DNA of 64,000 nucleotides from Eledone cirrhosa. Taxonomy: Eukaryota. The position numbers were made by a program, and so were the translations under genes. Of this stretch, positions 55,891-64,000 are shown one piece after another. Numbering within the stretch: the stretch's first letter is position 1; each line of letters starts with the position of its first letter. The notes under the pieces are model-generated. The model ran no database searches, was not told the DNA's origin, and was given only the letters and a program-made list of their open reading frames with translations. Location of the stretch: positions 164,114,001 through 164,178,000 of the forward strand of contig OZ024742.1 of assembly GCA_964016885.1 (NCBI GenBank). The letters are read 5' to 3'.

Positions 55891-58800
55891 CTGATTTTTT
55901 TTACAATCTCCGCCTGATTTTTTTAAAAATTATCTTGCCTTGGCTGGCGGGAAATTATCTCCCCTTGGACGGCTGGAAATTATATCCCCTTGGACGGCTG
56001 GAAATTACCTCCCCTTGGACAGCTGGAAATTATCTGCCCTTGATTTTGTTTTTACAAATTATCTCCCCCTGATTTTTTTTACAAATTATCTCCACCTGAT
56101 TTTTTAAAAAATTATCTCCCCTTGGACGGCTGGAAATTATCTCCCCTTGGACGGCTGATAATTATCTCCCCTTGGACGGCTGGAAATTATCTCCCCTTGA
56201 TTTTTTTTACAAATTATCTCCCCCTGATTTTTTTTTACAAATTATCTCCCCCTGATTTTTTTTACAAATTATCTCCGCCTGATTTTTTTAAATATTATCT
56301 TCCCTTGGCTGGCTGGAAATTATCTCCCCTTGGAGGCTGGAATTTATCTCCCCTTGGACGGCTAGAAATTACCTCTCCTTGGACGGCTGGAAAATATTTC
56401 TCCTTGGACGGCTGGATATTATCTACCCTTGGACGGGTGGAAATTATCTCCCCTTGGACGGCTGGAAATTATCTCCCCTTGGACGGCTAGATATTACCTC
56501 CCCTTGGACGACTGGAAATTATCTCCCCTTGATTTTTTTTACAAATTATCTCCCCCTGATTTTTTTTTTACAAATTATCTCCCCCTGATTTTTTTACAAA
56601 TTATCTCCCCCTGATTTTTTTTACAAATTATCTCCGCCTGATTTTTTTAAATATTATCTTCTCTTGGCTGGCGGGAAATTATCTCCCCTTGGACGGCTGG
56701 AAATTATCTCCCCTTGATTTTTTTTACAAATTATCTCCCCCTGATTTTTTTTAAAAAATTATCTCCCCCTGATTTTTTTTTACAAATTATCTCCCCCTGA
56801 TTTTTTTTTACAAATTATCTCCCCCTGATTTTTTTTACAAATTATCTCCCCCTGATTTTTTTACAAATTATCTCCCCTTGGCTGGCTGGAAATTATCTCC
56901 CCTTGGACACTGTAAATTATAGCCCCTTGGAGGGCTGGAAATTATCTTACCTTGGACGGCTGGAAATTATCTCTGCTTGATTTTTTTTACAAATTATCTC
57001 CCCCTGATTTTTTTTTACAAATTATCCCCCCCGATTTTTTTTACAAATTATCTCCCCCTGATTTTTTTTACAAATTATCTCCCCTTGGACGGCTGGAAAT
57101 TATCTCCCCTTGGACGGCTGGAAATTATCTCTCCTTGGACGGCTAGAAATTACCTCTCCTTGGACGACTGAAAATTATCTCCCCTTGGACGGCTGCAAAT
57201 TATCTCCCCTTGATTTCTTTTACAAATTATCTCCGCCTGATTTTTTTTTTTAAATTATCTCCCCTTGGACGGCTGGAAATTACCTCCCCTTGGACGGCTG
57301 GAAATTATCTCCCCTTGGACGGCTAGAAATTACCTCTCATTGGACGGCTGAAAATTATCTCCCCTTGGACGGCTGGAAATTATCTCCCCTTGATTTTTTT
57401 TACAAATTATCTCCCCCTGATTTTTTTTTTACAAATTATCTCCGCCTGATTTTTTTTTAAAATTATCTCTCCTTGGACGGCTGGATATTATCTCCCCTTT
57501 CATTTTTTTTACAAATTATCTCCCCCTGATTTTTTTTTACAAATTATCTCCCCCTGATTTATTTTTACAAATTATCTACCCCTAATTTTTTTTTACAAAT
57601 TATCTCCCCCTGATTTTTTTTACAAATTATCTCCCCCTGATTTTTTTTTTACAAATTATCTCCCCCTGATTTTTTTACAAATTATCTCCCCCTGATTTTT
57701 TTTACAAATTATCTCCGCCTGATTTTTTTAAATATTATCTTCTCTTGGCTGGCGGGAAATTATCTCCCCTTGGACGGCTGAAAATTATCTCCCCTTGGAC
57801 GGCTGGAAATTATCTCCCCTTGATTTTTTTTACAAATTATCTCCCCCTGATTTTTTTTTACAAATTATCTCCCCCTGATTTTTTTTTACAAATTATCTCC
57901 CCCTGATTTTTTTTTACAAATTATCTCCCCCTGATTTTTTTTACAAATTATCTCCCCCTGATTTTTTTACAAATTATCTCCCCTTGGCTGGCTGGAAATT
58001 ATCTCCCCTTGGAGGCTGGAATTTATCTCCCCTTGGACGGCTAGAAATTACCTCTCCTTGGACGGCTGGAAAATATGTCCTTGGACGGCTGGATATTATC
58101 TACCCTTGGACGGCTGGAAATTATCTCCCCTTGGACGGCTAGATATTACCTCCCCTTGGACGGCTGGAAATTATCTCCCCTTGATTTTTTTTACAAATTA
58201 TCTCCCCCTGATTTTTTTTTACAAATTATCTCCCCCTGATTTTTTTTTACAAATTATCTCCGCCTGATTTTTTTTTACAAATTATCTCCCCCTAATTTTT
58301 TTTACAAATTATCTCTCCCTGATCTTTTTTTACAAATTATCTCCCCCTGATTTTTTTTTACCAATTATCTACCCCTGATTTTTTTTTACAAATTATCTCC
58401 CCCTTATTTTTTTTACAAATTATCTCCCCCTGATTTTTTTTACAAATTATCTCCCCCTGATTTTTTTACAAATTATCTCCCCCCGATTTTTTTTACAAAT
58501 TATCTCCGCCTAATTTTTTAAATATTATCTATCCTTGGCTGGCGGGAAATTATCTCCCCTTGGACGGCTGAAAATTTTCTCCCCTTGGACGGCTGGAAAT
58601 TATCTCCCCTTGATTTTTTTACAAATTATCTCCCCCTGATTATTTTTTACAAATTATCTCCCCCTGATTTTTTTTTACAAATTATCTCCCTCTGATTTTT
58701 TTTACAAATTATCTCCCCTTGGCTGGCTGGAAATTATCTCCCCTTGGAGGCTGGAATTTATCTCCCCTTGGACGGTTAGAAATTACCTCTCCTTGGACTG

Positions 58801-61800
58801 CTGGAAAATATGTCTCCTTGGACGGCTGGAAATTATCTCCCCTTGGACGGCTGGAAATTATCTCCCCTTGGACGGCTGGAAATTATCTCTCCTCGGACGA
58901 CTAGAAATTACCTCTCCTTGGACAGCTGAAAATTATCTCCCCTTGGACGGCTGGAAATTATCTCCCCTTGATTTTTTTTACAAATTATCTCCCCCTGATT
59001 TAGTTTACAAATTATCTCCCCCTGATTTTTTTTTACAAATTATCTCCCCCTGATTTTTTTTACAAATTATCTCCCCCTGATATTTTTTACAAATTATCTC
59101 CCCCTGATTTTTTTACAAATTATCTCCCCTTGGCTGGCTGGAAATTATCTACCCTTGGAGGCTGGAATTTATCTCCCCTTGGACGGCTAGAAATTACCTC
59201 GCCTTGGACGGCTGGAAAATATGTCTCCTTGGACGGCTGGAAATTATCTCCCCTTGGACGGCTGGAAATTATCTCCCCTTGGACGGCTGGAAATTATCTC
59301 CCCTTGGACGGCTAGATATTACCTCCCCTTGGACGGCTGGAAATTATCTCCCCTTGATTTTTTTTACAAATTATCTCCCCCTGATTTTTTTTTACAAATT
59401 ATCTCCCCCTGATTTTTTTTTACGAAGTATCTCCCCCTGATTTTTTTTTACAAATTATCTCCGCCTGATTTTTTTTTAAAAATTATCTCCCCTTGAACGG
59501 CTGGAAATTATCTCCCCTTGGACGGCTGGAAATTATCTCCCCTTGGACGGCTAGAAATTACCTCTCCTTGGACGGCTGAAAATTATCTCCCATTGGACGG
59601 CTGCAAATTATCTCCCCTTGATTTTTTAACAAATTATCTCCCCCTGATTTTTTTTTACAAATTATCTCCCCCTGATTTTTTTTTACAAATTATCTACGCC
59701 TAATTTTTTTTACAAATTATCTCCCCCTGATTTTTTTTTACAAATTATCTCCCCCTGATTTTTTTTACAAATTATCTCCCCCTGATTTTTTTTTACAAAT
59801 TATTTCCCCCTGATTTTTTTACAAATTATCTCCCCCCTGATTTTTTTTACAATCTCCGCCTGATTTTTTTAAAAATTATCTTCCCTTGGCTGGCGGGAAA
59901 TTATCTCCCCTTGGACGGCTGGAAATTATATCCCCTTGGAAGGATGGAAATTATCTCCCCTTGGACGGCTGGAAATTATCTCCCCTTGGACGGCTGGAAA
60001 TTATCTCCCCTTGGACAGCTGGAAATTATCTGCCCTTGATTTTGTTTTTACAAATTATCTCCCCCTGATTTTTTTTACAAATTATCTCCACCTGATTTTT
60101 TAAAAAATTATCTCCCCTTGGACGGCTGGAAATTATCTCCCCTTGATTTTTTTTACAAATTATCTCCCCCTGATTTTTTTTTACAAATTATCTCCCCCTG
60201 ATTTTTTTTACAAATTATCTCCCCCTGATTTTTTTTTACAAATTATCTCACCCTGATTTTTTTTACAAATTATCTCTCCCTGATTTTTTTACAAATTATC
60301 TCCCCTTGGCTGGCTGGAAATTATCTCCCCTTGGAGGCTGGAATTTATCTCCCCTTGGACGGCTAGAAATTACCTCTCCTTGGACGGCTGGAAAATATGT
60401 CTCCTTGGACGGCTGGATATTATCTACCCTTGGACGGCTGGAAATTATCTCCCCTTGGACGGCTGGAAATTATCTCCTCTTGGACGGCTAGATATTACCT
60501 CCCCTTGGACGGCTGGAAATTATCTCCCCTTGATTTTTTTACAAATTATCTCCCCCTGATTTTTTTACAAATTATCTCCCCCTGATTTTTTTTACAAATT
60601 ATCTCCGCCTAATTTTTTTAAATATTATCTTCCCTTGGCTGGCGGGAAATTATCTCCCCTTGGACGGCTGAAAATTATCTCCCCTTGGACGGCTGGAAAT
60701 TATCTCCCCTTGATTTTTTTTACAAATTATCTCCCCCTGATTTTTTTTTACAAATTATCTCCCCCTGATTTTTTTTACAAATTATCTCCTCCTGATTTTT
60801 TTACAAATTATCTCCCCTTGGCTGGCTGGAAATTATCTCCCCTTGGAGGCTGGAATTTATCTCCCCTTGGACGGCTAGAAATTACCTCTCCTTGGAAGGC
60901 TGGAAAATATGTCCTTGGACGGCTGGATATTATCTACCCTTGGACGGCTGGAAATTATCTCCCCTTGGACGGCTGGAAATTATCTCCCCTTGGACGGCTA
61001 GATATTACCTCCCCTTGGAACGCTGAAAATTATCTCCCCTTGGACGGCTGGAAATTATCTCCCCTTGATTTTTTTTACAAATTATCTCCCCCTGATTATT
61101 TTTTACAAATTATCCCCTGATTTTTTTTTTACAAATTATCTCCCCCTGATTTTTTTTACAAATTATCTCCCCCTGATTTTTTTACAAATTATCTCCCCTT
61201 GGCTGGCTGGAAATTATCTCCCATTGGAGGCTGGAATTTATCTCCCCTTGGACGGTTAGAAATTACCTCCCCTTGGACGGCTGGAAAATATGTCTCCTTG
61301 GACGGCTGGAAATTATCGCCCCTTGGACGGCTGGAAATTATCTCCCCTTGGACGGCTGGAAATTATCTCTCATCGGACGGCTAGAAATTACCTCTCCTTG
61401 GACAGCTGAAAATTATCTCCCCTTGGACGGCTGGAAATTATCTCCCCTTGATTTTTTTTACAAATTATCTCCCCCTGATTTTTTTTTACAAATTATCTCC
61501 CCCTGATTTTTTTTTACAAATTATCTCCCCCTGATTTTTTTTTACAAATTATCTCCCCCTGATATTTTTTACAAATTATCTCCCCCTGATTTTTTTACAA
61601 ATTATCTCCCCTTGGCTGGCTGGAAATTATCTCCCCTTGGAGGCTGGAATTTATCTCCCCTTGGACGGCTAGAAATTACCTCGCCTTGGACGGCTGGAAA
61701 ATATGTCTCCTTGGACGGCTGGAAATTATCTCCCCTTGGACGGCTGGAAATTATCTCCCCTTGGACAGCTGGAAATTATCTCCCCTTGGACGGCTAGATA

Positions 61801-64000
61801 TTACCTCCCCTTGGACGGCTGGAAATTATCTCCCCTTGATTTTTTTTACAAATTATCTCCCCCTGATTTTTTTTTACAAATTATCTCCCCCTGATTTTTT
61901 TTTACGAATTATCTCCCCCCGATTTTTTTTTACAAATTATCTCCGCCTGATTTTTTTTTAAAAATTATCTCCCCTTGAACGGCTGGAAATTATCTCCCCT
62001 TGGACGGCTGGAAATTATCTCCCCTTGGACGGCTAGAAATTACCTCTCCTTGGACGGCTGAAAATTATCTCCCCTTGGACGGCTGCAAATTATCTCCCCT
62101 TGATTTTTTAACAAATTATCTCCCCCTGATTTTTTTTTACAAATTATCTCCCCCTGATTTTTTTTTACAAATTATCTCCCCCTGATTTATTTTTACAAAT
62201 TATCTACCCCTAATTTTTTTTTACAAATTATCTCCCCCTGATTTTTTTTACAAATTATCTCCCCCTGATTTTTTTTTTACAAATTATCTCCCCCTGATTT
62301 TTTTACAAATTATCTCCCCCTGATTTTTTTTACAAATTATCTCCGCCTGATTTTTTTAAATATTATCTTCTCTTGGCTGGCGGGAAATTATCTCCCCTTG
62401 GACGGCTGAAAATTATCTCCCCTTGGACGGCTGGAAATTATCTCCCCTTGATTTTTTTTACAAATTATCTCCCCCTGATTTTTTTTTACAAATTATCTCC
62501 CCCTGATTTTTTTTTACAAATTATCTCCCCCTGATTTTTTTTTACAAATTATCTCCCCCTGATTTTTTTTACAAATTATCTCCCCCTGATTTTTTTACAA
62601 ATTATCTCCCCTTGGCTGGCTGGAAATTATCTCCCCTTGGAGGCTGGAATTTATCTCCCCTTGGACGGCTAGAAATTACCTCTCCTTGGACGGCTGGAAA
62701 ATATGTCCTTGGACGGCTGGATATTATCTACCCTTGGACGGCTGGAAATTATCTCCCCTTGGACGGCTAGATATTACCTCCCCTTGGACGGCTGGAAATT
62801 ATCTCCCCTTGATTTTTTTTACAAATTATCTCCCCCTGATTTTTTTTTACAAATTATCTCCCCCTGATTTTTTTTTACAAATTATCTCCGCCTGATTTTT
62901 TTTTACAAATTATCTCCCCCTAATTTTTTTTACAAATTATCTCTCCCTGATCTTTTTTTACAAATTATCTCCCCCTGATTTTTTTTTACCAATTATCTAC
63001 CCCTGATTTTTTTTTACAAATTATCTCCCCCTTATTTTTTTTACAAATTATCTCCCCCTGATTTTTTTTACAAATTATCTCCCCCTGATTTTTTTACAAA
63101 TTATCTCCCCCCGATTTTTTTTACAAATTATCTCCGCCTAATTTTTTAAATATTATCTATCCTTGGCTGGCGGGAAATTATCTCCCCTTGGACGGCTGAA
63201 AATTTTCTCCCCTTGGACGGCTGGAAATTATCTCCCCTTGATTTTTTTACAAATTATCTCCCCCTGATTATTTTTTACAAATTATCTCCCCCTGATTTTT
63301 TTTTACAAATTATCTCCCTCTGATTTTTTTTACAAATTATCTCCCCTTGGCTGGCTGGAAATTATCTCCCCTTGGAGGCTGGAATTTATCTCCCCTTGGA
63401 CGGTTAGAAATTACCTCTCCTTGGACTGCTGGAAAATATGTCTCCTTGGACGGCTGGAAATTATCTCCCCTTGGACGGCTGGAAATTATCTCCCCTTGGA
63501 CGGCTGGAAATTATCTCTCCTCGGACGACTAGAAATTACCTCTCCTTGGACAGCTGAAAATTATCTCCCCTTGGACGGCTGGAAATTATCTCCCCTTGAT
63601 TTTTTTTACAAATTATCTCCCCCTGATTTAGTTTACAAATTATCTCCCCCTGATTTTTTTTTACAAATTATCTCCCCCTGATTTTTTTTACAAATTATCT
63701 CCTCCTGATTTTTTTACAAATTATCTCCCCTTGGCTGGCTGGAAATTATCTCCCCTTGGAGGCTGGAATTTATCTCCCCTTGGACGGCTAGAAATTACCT
63801 CTCCTTGGAAGGCTGGAAAATATGTCCTTGGACGGCTGGATATTATCTACCCTTGGACGGCTGGAAATTATCTCCCCTTGGACGGCTGGAAATTATCTCC
63901 CCTTGGACGGCTAGATATTACCTCCCCTTGGAACGCTGAAAATTATCTCCCCTTGGACGGCTGGAAATTATCTCCCCTTGATTTTTTTTACAAATTATCT
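55891..64000. repeat. Partial, rearranged higher-order repeat copy 4
   Basis: It matches copy 3 at +18,079 up to ~59.2 kb, then follows copy 1 positions 11.2-14.6 kb (59204=11270, 59886=11952, 60635=12702, 62000=14473), then re-enters earlier parts of itself (+4,628 and +2,913). Confidence 0.82.

Larger units (their letters stand above)
1..64000. repeat. Composite tandem satellite array of two related monomers, A (25 bp) and B (26-29 bp), head-to-tail in one orientation
   Basis: Every line consists of AAATTATCTCCCCTTGGACGGCTGG or AAATTATCTCCCCCTGA(T)nAC and point variants of them. I saw no inversion or unique insert, and the array runs off both ends of the window. Confidence 0.99.

Noticed and set aside
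231-63681. About 200 short plus-strand ORFs (60-248 aa) with WKLSPLGRLEIISPWTAGNYLPLDG / FFYKLSPPD repeats
   Set aside because: They are the three-frame translation of a stop-free 25-bp monomer. They overlap in all frames, mostly start at TTG within the repeat, and are broken by T-tract length changes. The minus strand has no ORFs simply because each monomer contains TAA. There is no evidence of coding.
1-64000. CRISPR-like repeat-spacer pattern (constant core plus variable part)
   Set aside because: The variable parts are only 9-13 bp and of two recurring types, not unique spacers. There is no leader and no cas gene.
1-64000. Canonical G-quadruplex / i-motif array
   Set aside because: The G4-5 runs on the minus strand are separated by ~21-23 nt, far beyond canonical loop lengths. 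Only weak two-tier or long-loop forms are conceivable.
1-64000. Transposon, SINE poly(A) tails or embedded unique insertions
   Set aside because: I saw no non-monomer sequence, terminal repeats or target-site duplications anywhere in the window.

Overview
The whole 64 kb window is one uninterrupted, single-orientation satellite-DNA array of roughly 2,400-2,500 monomers (64,000 / ~26 bp). I see no unique sequence, genes, RNA genes, transposons or CRISPR. Two short monomers share a 16-bp core, AAATTATCTCCCC(T/C)TG. Type A is 25 bp (AAATTATCTCCCCTTGGACGGCTGG, ~52% GC). Type B is mostly 26-29 bp (AAATTATCTCCCCCTGA-T7..10-AC, ~30% GC). A and B occur in alternating blocks. The A blocks come in a few fixed, ordered variant strings, blocks form recurring ~1.5-2 kb modules, and modules form very large higher-order repeats (HORs) of about 18-20 kb (landmark offsets 20,022, 17,789 and 18,079 bp). 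HOR copies differ by kb-scale deletions, duplications and switches whose breakpoints fall in homologous repeat sequence. All ORFs in the track are translations of the repeat and are rejected. The organism and chromosomal role (centromeric, pericentromeric or subtelomeric) cannot be determined from sequence alone. A eukaryotic heterochromatic satellite is my inference. I found no protein-coding system; what is interesting here is the array architecture.
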